Below, piece after piece: positions 19,060 to 28,003 of a stretch of DNA of 64,000 nucleotides (positions within the stretch are counted from its first letter, which is position 1; each line of letters begins with the position of its first letter). Location: assembly GCA_031411295.1 (NCBI GenBank), contig JANOAV010000140.1:1-64000 (forward strand), written 5' to 3'. Both the position numbers and the translations under genes were made by a program. This DNA comes from Verrucomicrobiales bacterium. GTDB lineage: Bacteria > Verrucomicrobiota > Verrucomicrobiia > Verrucomicrobiales > V1-33. The notes below the pieces were generated by a model, which saw nothing but the letters and a program-made list of their open reading frames with translations, was not told where the DNA came from and searched no databases.

Positions 19060-20562
19060 CTACTCGCGAACTTTGGCGGTGCCGTTGTAATACTCTTGGT
19101 ATTTAGGCCAACTCCAACTGGCGAGTTCGCGTCCGACTTTCAGACCGATATCGTTATCGACGGGGATGTGATAGCCGCCCATGGCTCGGGACTGGGCGGC
19201 CATGTTGGCGACCCCGCTCCAGGTGGGCATGTCGAGGGTCATCATTTCGCCACCGGATTTTTCGGTTAGCTCACAATGTTTACGACGTTCGGCAAAGCCA
19301 TATTTATCTGACCCGGTGAATAGTTCAATGACCTTGGAACAGGCGGCACTAACGGTGGCGTGGCCGCTGGTATAGCCGGGAAATGGCGGGGTGACGAAGA
19401 CCTCAGGCGAGTAAGGATGCCAGTCCTCCCCCTGCATCTCCCTGGTGCCACCCTGCGGGCCGGCCCAGCCAGTGATCTTTTGGCCTTTGTAGAAATGGTG
19501 AATGAGGGTCCAAGGTCGGGAGGAATCATAAACGCGCTTGGTTTCCCAGCAGGAAATGAAGGCATCAAAGGCCGCGTTCGCCACAGCAAAATAGAGTTTC
19601 ACGTCCTGGTCAAGATCGTGCTGGTCCCGCCGGGAAACGTCCTGGGCGAAGCGGAGCCAGTGACCGCTCTGGCCGGTGCTGCGCGGGCCGTCCCGCATGA
19701 ACTCGACGACGGCCTTCTGTTCATTGGTGAGTTTGGCGTTGTATTCCAAGACCTGGGCGGTTTCCTTTTTTAGCGCCTCGGGGTCTTTGGAGAACAACGG
19801 GGGCGGGGGCGGACGGAATTGCGAACTTTTTTCCAACGCGAAGGGTTTCACGCGATACCAATGCGGGGTGAGGAAACCGGGCGTGAACTTGGTGCCATCA
19901 GGTTTGGTAAAGGTGATCGGCTGCCAGCGGTCTGGGTCGATGATTTTATCCGGTGGGTTCACCGGGGCGTAGAAGGTGTAGTCGGTGTAGGGCTTGCCAT
20001 CGCTGCCTGCTTCATCGCCAAATTGATTGGAGCCATCGTGGCGACGGTAATCAATAACGGCCTTGGCGGCTAGTTGGCCGATCCCCTCAGGCTTAGTGGC
20101 ATCCTGGGAGATGATGGTGGGATCGAAACCCAGTTTCGTCATTTCGCCTTCCAAGTATTCTTTCGATTCCGGATAGACGAACATCAGCGCGTGATGACTG
20201 GCATAGGCGATGGCCTTCTGTTTGTTGGCCAGCGTGTGCTCCGCTTTGGGCCGACGCAGCGTGGTTCCCAAGCGGGTGCCGGTGGCTTTCTCATCATAGG
20301 CGGCCCAGGCATCGAAGACGGCGGTGGCCCAGATGGCCATCTGCCGGGACAGCACGGTCGGCCGGGCATTATAGCGGTCCACGTCCCGGGCGGCAGCCTC
20401 TTCACAGATGTCCAGCAAACTGTAGGCTAGGGAAAGTTTCGATTTATCCTCCACGGAAAGAAATTTATGCAGGGGCGTGCTGACAGCCTGGTCCTGAGTG
20501 AAAACAGGAGCCTGCAGCGTGAGGAACACGGCACCAAGGCAGATTAGGGGTTTGAGAATCAT
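19060..20562 (-). CDS. Secreted vanadium-dependent haloperoxidase-family (PAP2 superfamily) protein
   Basis: WETKRVYDSSRP, TPPFPGYTSGH, SRAMGGYH; signal peptide from ATG 20562. Confidence 0.85.
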   Translation of the reverse strand: MILKPLICLGAVFLTLQAPVFTQDQAVSTPLHKFLSVEDKSKLSLAYSLLDICEEAAARDVDRYNARPTVLSRQMAIWATAVFDAWAAYDEKATGTRLGTTLRRPKAEHTLANKQKAIAYASHHALMFVYPESKEYLEGEMTKLGFDPTIISQDATKPEGIGQLAAKAVIDYRRHDGSNQFGDEAGSDGKPYTDYTFYAPVNPPDKIIDPDRWQPITFTKPDGTKFTPGFLTPHWYRVKPFALEKSSQFRPPPPPLFSKDPEALKKETAQVLEYNAKLTNEQKAVVEFMRDGPRSTGQSGHWLRFAQDVSRRDQHDLDQDVKLYFAVANAAFDAFISCWETKRVYDSSRPWTLIHHFYKGQKITGWAGPQGGTREMQGEDWHPYSPEVFVTPPFPGYTSGHATVSAACSKVIELFTGSDKYGFAERRKHCELTEKSGGEMMTLDMPTWSGVANMAAQSRAMGGYHIPVDNDIGLKVGRELASWSWPKYQEYYNGTAKVRE

Positions 20563-20689
20563 GGGGATGTGGTGGTTCTGTGAAGTGGTAGCCTGCCAAG
20601 CTGAGGAAATGGTGGCAATTAGGTTTGGACGAAGACCCTCGGGCTGGGGATGAATCCACAAAAATAGCGGATGAACGGGGCGCGCTGGG

Positions 20690-22879
20690 TTAGGCCGCAA
20701 TGTCCGTGCCCCGTGGACCGATACAGCGGAGCCGTTCCGCCATATCCTCATCGGAAACGCCAAGGGCCCAAGCCGCACCAATGGCCGCCAGAACACTATC
20801 GATGCGAGAGACGCAATGACCTTCCACCGGAGTGGCAATTTCTGTTATAGAACAAAGCGCCCGCTGGCTGGGTCCTTCCGCCAGCATGATATCCACGCCT
20901 TCCACGAAGAGCGCGCGACCGCCTTGGGCACGGTGTGATTTCACCACCGTAGAGGTCTCTGAGTGGCTATAGAAAATAACGCTGCCCTTGCAATGTTCAG
21001 CCATTTCAGCCACCAGCGGATCATCCGCGTTGAGCACGGCGGTGCCGGTCGGCAGGACGACATCAACCACACACCGATGCACTTTGGCCATCTGCTCGAG
21101 GGTGTCGATGTAACAAATGCCGAGTTTGTCCCGGCCAACATTGGTGACCACGCCCACTTCGCAACGATCAAAACCGAGGCCCTCGCGCAGGATACTTTCT
21201 GTGCTGACCTCACACACCGCCAGTTCCGTCCATGGGTGCAGGAGCACTCCATGGGTGCCGCCGATGTGGTCCCCTTGGGGAGCTTTGACAACCCGGGTCC
21301 CGAACTGCATGGCGCGAGTGACGGCCACGCCGAGGCGCTTCCCAGTGGCTTCGAGCAAATGAGCGATGAGTTTGGCGGCGGTGGTTTTCCCCCGGGTGCC
21401 GGAGATTCCTACGACTGGAATGCGGGCTTGGGTGGGGTCCGGGAAGAGCATGTCAATGATGGCCTCTCCGACCGGACGCGGGGTGCCTATGGCTGGCTGT
21501 AAATGCCCATGGAGGGCGGGGCTGGCGTTGACTTCGACGACGCAGCCGCCTTGTTCTTCCAAGGGGCGGGAAATATCGAGGCAGACGAGGTCGATGCCTG
21601 CGATATCCAGTCCGACGGCCAGGGCGGCGGTAGAAACATGATCTCTCACGGAATCATGGACGACGTCCGTGATGTCCACCGCGGGATTGGCGAAGCGGGA
21701 GACCAGCACGCGCTCACCGTCTCTCGGCACGCTCTCCGGGGTGTGGCCCTGCTGCTGCAGATCCCTCAGCACGGTGGGATCCCATTCTAGCAGATCGACT
21801 TTCGCCCACGCAGCAGAGTCGTGATCGCTGCGGCGGGGATCGGAGTTGAGTTGGCTGGCGATTAACTGCTCGATCGTTTGCTTGCCATCGCCAGTGACCA
21901 TGGCGGGCTCCCCTCGGGTGGCGGCCACTAATCTTCCGCCGACTACGAGCAAACGATGATCCACGCCGGGCACAAACTGTTCGACGATAACCCCATCGCC
22001 ATTTCCTGCCGCCAAGGGATACGCCGCCCGCACATCCTCCTCGGTCTTCATGTCGATGAAAACGCCCCGGCCATGGTTGCCATCCCGTGGTTTCACCACT
22101 ACTGGCAGGCCAATTTCCTGGGCGGCTTCCCACGCGTCGTCGACATCGCTGGTGATGCGGCCGATCGGAACCGGCACGCCAGCACGGCGTAAGGTTAGGC
22201 GGGTGAGGTCCTTGTCCTGAGCGATGTATTCGGCTATGGCCCCAGAGCGATCGGTCTCGGCCGTCCAGATGCGACGTTGGTTGGTGCCATGGCCCAGTTG
22301 GATCAAACTGCGTCCCTCTTGGAGCCGCCGCCAAGGGATGGTGCGGGCGCGGGCCGCATTGACCATGGCCTGCGTGCTGGGCCCCAGCGCATTGCTGTCC
22401 ACTACGTCACGCAGAGCCTCGATGGCGGTCGCCACGTCGAAGTCCTGGCCGGCATAGGCTGCCAGGAGTAACTCGCGGGCGGTGCGTAAGGCCGCCTCGG
22501 CCACCTTTTCATCCAGGTAGCGCACGGCCACTTTGTAAAGTCCATCCACGCAGGTATGGCGTGCCTTGCCATAGCCCACCGTATGTCCCGCGCAGGATTG
22601 CAGTTCCAAGGTCACGTGTTCCAAAATATGGGCCGGATAGGTGCCGCGGTCCAATCGTTGAAAGAAACCGCCCCGTTCGCCCTCGCTGCAACGGTGTTCG
22701 ATCATTCCCGGGAGCCAGGATTTCAAGCGATCATTAAATCCCGGAATTTCTTCAGATGACGCCTCCTTGAGAGCACCCAAATCCACCCAAGCTTCTAACA
22801 CGGGGTAGTTGGCCCAAATGTTCGGGCCGCGGAGAATCAGGATTTCACGAATATCGAGATCAGGCATATTCGCCATCAT
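20690..22879 (-). CDS. cphA: Cyanophycin synthetase, short form lacking the last Mur-ligase domain
   Basis: LRGPNIW, EHRCS...HILEHVTLELQ, LGPST, VVKPRDGNHGRGV, GTRGKTT, LREGLGFDRC. Confidence 0.88.
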   Translation of the reverse strand: MMANMPDLDIREILILRGPNIWANYPVLEAWVDLGALKEASSEEIPGFNDRLKSWLPGMIEHRCSEGERGGFFQRLDRGTYPAHILEHVTLELQSCAGHTVGYGKARHTCVDGLYKVAVRYLDEKVAEAALRTARELLLAAYAGQDFDVATAIEALRDVVDSNALGPSTQAMVNAARARTIPWRRLQEGRSLIQLGHGTNQRRIWTAETDRSGAIAEYIAQDKDLTRLTLRRAGVPVPIGRITSDVDDAWEAAQEIGLPVVVKPRDGNHGRGVFIDMKTEEDVRAAYPLAAGNGDGVIVEQFVPGVDHRLLVVGGRLVAATRGEPAMVTGDGKQTIEQLIASQLNSDPRRSDHDSAAWAKVDLLEWDPTVLRDLQQQGHTPESVPRDGERVLVSRFANPAVDITDVVHDSVRDHVSTAALAVGLDIAGIDLVCLDISRPLEEQGGCVVEVNASPALHGHLQPAIGTPRPVGEAIIDMLFPDPTQARIPVVGISGTRGKTTAAKLIAHLLEATGKRLGVAVTRAMQFGTRVVKAPQGDHIGGTHGVLLHPWTELAVCEVSTESILREGLGFDRCEVGVVTNVGRDKLGICYIDTLEQMAKVHRCVVDVVLPTGTAVLNADDPLVAEMAEHCKGSVIFYSHSETSTVVKSHRAQGGRALFVEGVDIMLAEGPSQRALCSITEIATPVEGHCVSRIDSVLAAIGAAWALGVSDEDMAERLRCIGPRGTDIAA

Positions 22880-22946
22880 GGCTAATTCTCGGAGCGACGC
22901 AAGTCATTGGAGCCCGTAAATGCGCCCTTTGGGGAGGAATTCCCCC

Positions 22947-22987
22947 AAAAAAAGAATCCGACTCCCGTTGAAGCAGGAGCCGGATTC
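22947..22987 (-). terminator. Intrinsic terminator
   Basis: Minus strand GAATCCGGCTCC...GGAGTCGGATTC followed by T7. Confidence 0.85.
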
Positions 22988-23033
22988 AGAGGAATGCAAA
23001 ATTAGTCGAACTGAGCAGGTGCTCAATTCGCGC

Positions 23034-23228
23034 TCACAGACGGCTCAAATGCTTGGCGTTGGAGAGCATGGTGAAAAAACCAAAAGGCACCGGAGTGCGC
23101 ATAATTTGACGGAAGGTCTCTTCCTCGCGCTTGATCTCGGCGCGAGGGGAGATTACGGAGCGACGAGCCCTTTTTGTTGGAGAGGCAATGGATAGTCGAG
23201 AATCGGAAACGTAGTTGAGGCGGTTCAT
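23034..23228 (-). CDS. Small basic hypothetical protein (64 aa)
   Basis: ATG after a C/A-rich leader; followed by a hairpin and a terminator. Confidence 0.5.
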   Translation of the reverse strand: MNRLNYVSDSRLSIASPTKRARRSVISPRAEIKREEETFRQIMRTPVPFGFFTMLSNAKHLSRL

Positions 23229-23269
23229 GGGGTCAGTTTGGCTTGGGTTAGTTGATGGAATCGGTGAGG

Positions 23270-23495
23270 TTAAAAAACTGAATTTCAAATTTAGTGGATA
23301 GCGGTCGGAAAGTCGAGAAAAAATTTGAGAAAAAATTTAGTGAAGGCTAATTATTGGATTGCTGACATCGCTGATGTGCGTAAATTCTCAAAAGTGAGTG
23401 AAAAATACGCTTAAAACGAGCGATTGGAATTTCTTGCTTGCTTAAAATTATAATCAAATTAGATTTGCCGACAATCCTTTTAAAAAATTTACCAA
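23270..23495. promoter_or_regulatory. AT-rich divergent control region
   Basis: GAGAAAAAATTT tandem x2 (23315-23338); AAATTTAGTG x2; TATAAT at 23449-23454. Confidence 0.55.
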
Positions 23496-23993
23496 ATGCC
23501 GAGTGAAGAATTTCTCCTAAGTGTGCAAGCGATCATGAAAATGCCCGCTGAAGACCTGCCATATCTTCAGGGCGTGCTGCAAGAAGCCATGCGCAAGCAC
23601 GGCGTGTCCGCTGGTGGCAAGGCGGACTCAATTGACACGGCCGCGCTGGCTCAACGGTCGCTCAAGTTACTGAACACCAATAATGAATTGACCGGCTGGG
23701 AGATGGCCTTACTGGCCGGCGTGCTCCTACAGTTCGGGGAATTTAGTGGCGCGGAAAGCTCGGAAGTAACTTTCGACAGCAGATCGATCACCGGTGAGTT
23801 GCGGCGGTATCCGGCCCGGACGATTGCGAACATTACTTCCGCGATGGACAGCCTGGTGGACCGGAATTTAGTCGAAGTGGTGGATGGTGCGCGCGACAAG
23901 GGAGCCCATCGCAGTTACCGCATTACGGTGAAGGGCCAGACGGAAGCGCATCGGTTGTGTGAGAAAAATCTCAAACACTCAGGCGCGGCTTAA
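23496..23993 (+). CDS. Hypothetical protein with C-terminal winged-helix-like domain
   Basis: NITSAMDSLVDRNLVE...YRITVKG wing motif. Confidence 0.65.
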   Translation: MPSEEFLLSVQAIMKMPAEDLPYLQGVLQEAMRKHGVSAGGKADSIDTAALAQRSLKLLNTNNELTGWEMALLAGVLLQFGEFSGAESSEVTFDSRSITGELRRYPARTIANITSAMDSLVDRNLVEVVDGARDKGAHRSYRITVKGQTEAHRLCEKNLKHSGAA

Positions 23994-24010
23994 ATTAGCG
24001 TTGGGAGGTT

Positions 24011-24039
24011 TTGACAAAGCGGGGCGGACTGCGCATACT
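24011..24039 (+). promoter_or_regulatory. Sigma70-type promoter
   Basis: TTGACA-N17-CATACT, 38 bp before ATG 24078. Confidence 0.6.
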
Positions 24040-24077
24040 GCGGGGAAATTCCAACCAACCTTTCGCCAATTCAATTT

Positions 24078-24668
24078 ATGAAAACATCCCTGTGCTTGCT
24101 AGCTTTCGCGTTGTTCCAAGGTTTGACCTCCATCGGTATGGCGCAAGCCGTTCCTGCCGCTCCCGCCGCCCCGGCTGCCAGCAGCAAGGATCGGGTGAAG
24201 GATGAAGAAACCAAAGACCACTGGTGGGATTGCTCCCTGCCGGGTGGAAATTATTGTATCAGCATCGGCAAGATCACCAGTGTCTCCATGCATCAGTATA
24301 TCGTCAAGACCCCCACGCAAGCCGCATCCGCCACTCCGCTGCCGACGCGGGTCTATGAAGTGAACATCGCCACGGATTCCTCCATGGTGTCCCGCTTCTA
24401 TTATATCGAGACGGCCACCGACGGTGGCGCCCTGAGCACGGTGAAGACCGGCTTGGATCGTTTAAATGAAGTTGCCAACCAAGCCGCAGACCGCACTGGC
24501 ACGGCAAAATACTGGCAGATGGTGCAGAAGGATTATCCCCTCAGCACCCACGCCCATACCATTGAGTATCGGGTGGAAAGCCTGGATGACTTGAACCGGC
24601 TCTACGGCAGTGTGAAACGTGCCTGGCTCACCGGACGTGGTGCCCGCTTCGCAATTGTGAATCAGTAA
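24078..24668 (+). CDS. Secreted hypothetical protein
   Basis: Signal peptide, coding-like composition, upstream promoter. Confidence 0.75.
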   Translation: MKTSLCLLAFALFQGLTSIGMAQAVPAAPAAPAASSKDRVKDEETKDHWWDCSLPGGNYCISIGKITSVSMHQYIVKTPTQAASATPLPTRVYEVNIATDSSMVSRFYYIETATDGGALSTVKTGLDRLNEVANQAADRTGTAKYWQMVQKDYPLSTHAHTIEYRVESLDDLNRLYGSVKRAWLTGRGARFAIVNQ

Positions 24669-24774
24669 AGCTGAAGGTGGACCAGCCCGCTGGGTTAGAA
24701 CATCTCGCAACGATCGCCTGCCAAGGCCAGAACCGGAGAGTCCAAAGCGCCCATCCCTGCAATCCGAAGCGGCC

Positions 24775-25677
24775 TCAACCAACACTCTTCGCGCGTGCTT
24801 GTCGGTAGTCGGTGGGGCTGCAGCCGTGGATGCGGCGGAAGAGGCGGTTGAAGAAGGAGACTTGGGTGAAGCCGCAATTGAGCGCGATATCCATGACGGG
24901 ACGAGTGCTTTCCCGTAGCTCCCGGCAGGTGGCCTGGAGTCGCAGGCGATTCACGAATTCGCTGAAACTTCGGCCAGAGTGGAGTTTAAATTGGCGGGCG
25001 AAGGTGGAGCGGCTAAGGCGGGTGATCCTGAGCAGTTCATCCAGGCTAACGGAATCACGGAAGTTGGCTACGAGGTAGCGCACGGCTTTGGCGATGGCGG
25101 TTTGGTAGTCGGACTCGGCGGAGAGGGCGAACGTGCGGAGGCTGAGGAATTGGCGTTCGTTGGGTGCTGCGTTGGCCAAGCGTGCGAATAGACGCAGTAA
25201 GGTGGCCAGTTGCTCCACGCCTTGGTATTTCGCTAGGGTTTGCATCAGCAGGGAGGCATCGGCGGCCGTGGCTCCGGAAAAACGCACTCCTCGGCTCGCG
25301 GACTTAAAGAATTCCACGAGTGCTAAGGTTTCCGGGAACGTCCAGAAGGGATGCGTGACCGGGAAATGCCACTGCACGGAGAGCCCGCGGGAAACCCCGT
25401 TGGTATGCCAGTAATGCGGGAGCTTAGAGCCCAGGAGCACGAGATCACCCGCCACGAACGAGCCAATGTGATCTCCCACGAAGCGGGTGCCTTGACCGCT
25501 GGTAAAAAGTGTCAATTCCATCTCCACATGAAAATGCCAGCGCGTGCCGGCTCCGGCAATGCGTTCGGCCTTGCCCGGGGTCAGCACGGTTTCCACCTCG
25601 CTGAGGGATTTCTCCCAGCGCAGGACGCGGAACGAATGTCCGCTGGGATATTGGATTGTTTCTCGATCACCCTTCAT
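24775..25677 (-). CDS. AraC-family transcriptional regulator
   Basis: WHFHVEMEL cupin; IALNCGF....FNRLF....GCSP..YR. Confidence 0.92.
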   Translation of the reverse strand: MKGDRETIQYPSGHSFRVLRWEKSLSEVETVLTPGKAERIAGAGTRWHFHVEMELTLFTSGQGTRFVGDHIGSFVAGDLVLLGSKLPHYWHTNGVSRGLSVQWHFPVTHPFWTFPETLALVEFFKSASRGVRFSGATAADASLLMQTLAKYQGVEQLATLLRLFARLANAAPNERQFLSLRTFALSAESDYQTAIAKAVRYLVANFRDSVSLDELLRITRLSRSTFARQFKLHSGRSFSEFVNRLRLQATCRELRESTRPVMDIALNCGFTQVSFFNRLFRRIHGCSPTDYRQARAKSVG

Positions 25678-25792
25678 GGCAACTTTAGTGCCACAATATT
25701 CGGTGGAAGCAACCCCAGCGTGAGACAATACACGCAGGCCGCAAGACTGGAGGCGTAGATTGTTTGCAGAATCGCGCGTATCAAAGGAGATT

Positions 25793-26836
25793 ATGAGCAG
25801 TCCCACCAACTATCGATTTTCGTTCGGCCCATGGAACATCAGCGAAGGCGCTGATCCTTTTGGCGTCGAGGTCCGCCCCGTTTTTCCACATGAGGAAAAG
25901 TATGCCCTGTATCGTCCGCTGGGATTCGAGGGCGTGCAGTTTCATGATGATGACGTGGTGCCAGGAATGGATGATTTCTCTCCGGCCCAACTCATGGAGA
26001 AATCTGCGGCTGTAAAAACGATGCTGGCAAATCAAGGCCTCACACCAGAGTTCGTGGCTCCCCGACTCTGGTTTGCGGAGCAAACGACGGATGGGGCCTA
26101 CACTTCCAATAGCGCATCCGATCGGGCCTATGCTTGGGACCGCACGAAGAAATGCATCGACATCGCGCGGGCAATTGATTGCAAAGCGATCGTGCTTTGG
26201 TTGTCGCGCGAGGGCACTTACATTCGGGAGGCCAAAGATGCACGATTGGCTTACCAGCGTTTGCTGGAGACGATCAATGCCATGCTGGATTATGATTCCG
26301 AAATTGAAATCTGGATTGAGCCCAAGCCCAATGAACCAACCGATCAAGCCTATGTGCCAACCATTGGTCATGCAGTGGCGTTGTCATTCGCTTCCAAAGA
26401 TCACACCCGCGTGAAGGGCTTGATCGAGAGTGCCCATGCGCTCCTGGCGGGCTTGGATCCAAGCGATGAAATGGCGTTCGCGCTGGCGCACGATAAACTG
26501 GCCAGTGTTCACCTGAACGATCAGAACGGTCTGAAATATGACCAGGATAAGAACTTTGGCGGAGCCAATTTACGCGGAGCGTTCAACCAGGTCAGGGTGT
26601 TGGAAGAAGCTGGCTACGGGACTCGGGGCGAATTCATTGGCTTGGACGTCAAGGCCATGCGGACGCAGCGGGGATGCCCCGTGACGGACCATTTGAAAAA
26701 CAGCCGCGCGCTGTTCCTCCATTTGGTGGACAAGGTGCGCAGCCAGGATCAGTCCCTGATCCAGCAATTCCGTGACGCCCGTGATTATGAGGCCCTTGAG
26801 CTTTATATCTTGAAGCATTTGCTGGGGGTGCCTTAA
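25793..26836 (+). CDS. Xylose-isomerase-like sugar isomerase (divergent class I type)
   Basis: DPFG, FHDDD, W..REG, IEPKPNEP, KYDQD..FG; AAGGAG RBS at 25784. Confidence 0.85.
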   Translation: MSSPTNYRFSFGPWNISEGADPFGVEVRPVFPHEEKYALYRPLGFEGVQFHDDDVVPGMDDFSPAQLMEKSAAVKTMLANQGLTPEFVAPRLWFAEQTTDGAYTSNSASDRAYAWDRTKKCIDIARAIDCKAIVLWLSREGTYIREAKDARLAYQRLLETINAMLDYDSEIEIWIEPKPNEPTDQAYVPTIGHAVALSFASKDHTRVKGLIESAHALLAGLDPSDEMAFALAHDKLASVHLNDQNGLKYDQDKNFGGANLRGAFNQVRVLEEAGYGTRGEFIGLDVKAMRTQRGCPVTDHLKNSRALFLHLVDKVRSQDQSLIQQFRDARDYEALELYILKHLLGVP

Positions 26837-26998
26837 GTCGCTGATCAGTAGGCCGATTCCTTTTTGCTTGCATCCAATTACATCCGATTACAACTCAAAT
26901 TCCTCCGGACCCTATTCTGGCAATTTTGACGCGCTAACCCTATGAAAAATTCATTGATCCGATGCATTCCCGCAGGGACCGGGGCGAAGGGGCAAAGC

Positions 26999-27484
26999 CT
27001 ACGGGTGGTTGGCCCGCAACCGTTGACGGAGTTCATCCACGACGTTGCTACTAAGACGGAAACTGGTTGTTTGCAGGCGGCAAATGGCAGCTTCGAAATC
27101 AAGAATCCCTGCTCGGGCTGCTTCGTAGAGGACGCCAGCGGTGCCAGTGCGGCGGAGGTGCAAGGCCTCGCAAAGTTTCCTGCCATTGAGGTCATCCAAG
27201 ATGAGCAAGGATGCGGGTCGGGATTGCCAAGCCAGCGTGATCGCTGCAGCCTCGCCAGGGTCGAGACTGCCGACTTCCGGCAGCAAGGGCTGAGGATCGG
27301 GCACCACCTGCAACCATGGATTGTCAGTAAACCATGGGGTCAGATCCACTGGCGCGCGGGGATGCAGGCATTCCCGCCGGACGGTTTCTGGGACGATGAT
27401 GGTGCCATAAAGCGCGGGCAAGATTTCCAAAGCCCCAATTTCAGCCAGTGCCGACAACGGAGAGGTGTCAGCGATGAAAATCAT
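26999..27484 (-). CDS. DUF3368-type PIN-domain protein (putative toxin)
   Basis: IADTSPL, VPETV..E, LDPGEAAAI, LILDD..GR, GTAGVL. Confidence 0.85.
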   Translation of the reverse strand: MIFIADTSPLSALAEIGALEILPALYGTIIVPETVRRECLHPRAPVDLTPWFTDNPWLQVVPDPQPLLPEVGSLDPGEAAAITLAWQSRPASLLILDDLNGRKLCEALHLRRTGTAGVLYEAARAGILDFEAAICRLQTTSFRLSSNVVDELRQRLRANHP

Positions 27485-27750
27485 CTTGGGAGCGCAAATG
27501 CGGCAGCGGTGTCAGCATCCGCTAGGATTTCTTCTGCCGTCAGTGTAGGCCAAGCGCCATGGGCGCTGAGAAAAGCTTGGGTTTCCCAACGTGAGTCATG
27601 TTCAAGCAATTGCCGGACTTGGAAGGTTGTTAGGCGCCCATCTCTGAATGCTTCCACAGCAAATCCCTCCAGCACAGTGCGGGCTGTGTCACAGGCTAGC
27701 GAACTAAGCATGGTGGCTAGTTCGTCCGGAATTTCGAGTTGTAATGTCAT
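27481..27750 (-). CDS. UPF0175-family putative antitoxin
   Basis: AVEAFRDGRLT..Q...LL...SRWE...FL; ATGA overlap with the PIN gene. Confidence 0.8.
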   Translation of the reverse strand: MTLQLEIPDELATMLSSLACDTARTVLEGFAVEAFRDGRLTTFQVRQLLEHDSRWETQAFLSAHGAWPTLTAEEILADADTAAAFALPR

Positions 27751-28003
27751 GGCTGAAGCTAGCCCAGCCTTCGCCCAGAGGCAAACTCTATTCTCCAGGA
27801 GTAATCACGCATCCCGCAATGCGAGCCCCTCCCAAGGGACTTTGGATTGCTATCCCATCATTTCATGGACAAAGTTCAAATCTCAAATCAATGATCCCTC
27901 AATTCCACTGGCGCTCGCGACTACCCAAAGCTTGGGCATTAAATCTTGAAACAATTACTTGGTGCATTAAGTCTCTACTCATTCCCTTCCTTCCATCCAA
28001 CTC

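Noticed and set aside
23270..23495. Replication origin
   Set aside because: AT-rich, but only one partial DnaA-box-like match and no dnaA/dnaN context.
26942..27949. 335-aa plus-strand ORF spanning the TA-like pair
   Set aside because: Ser/Ala/Gln-rich with no motifs; the minus-strand genes match known families. Cannot be fully excluded without Ribo-seq.
27860..27975. Degenerate short AT-rich repeats upstream of the aldolase
   Set aside because: Too degenerate to define a unit by eye.
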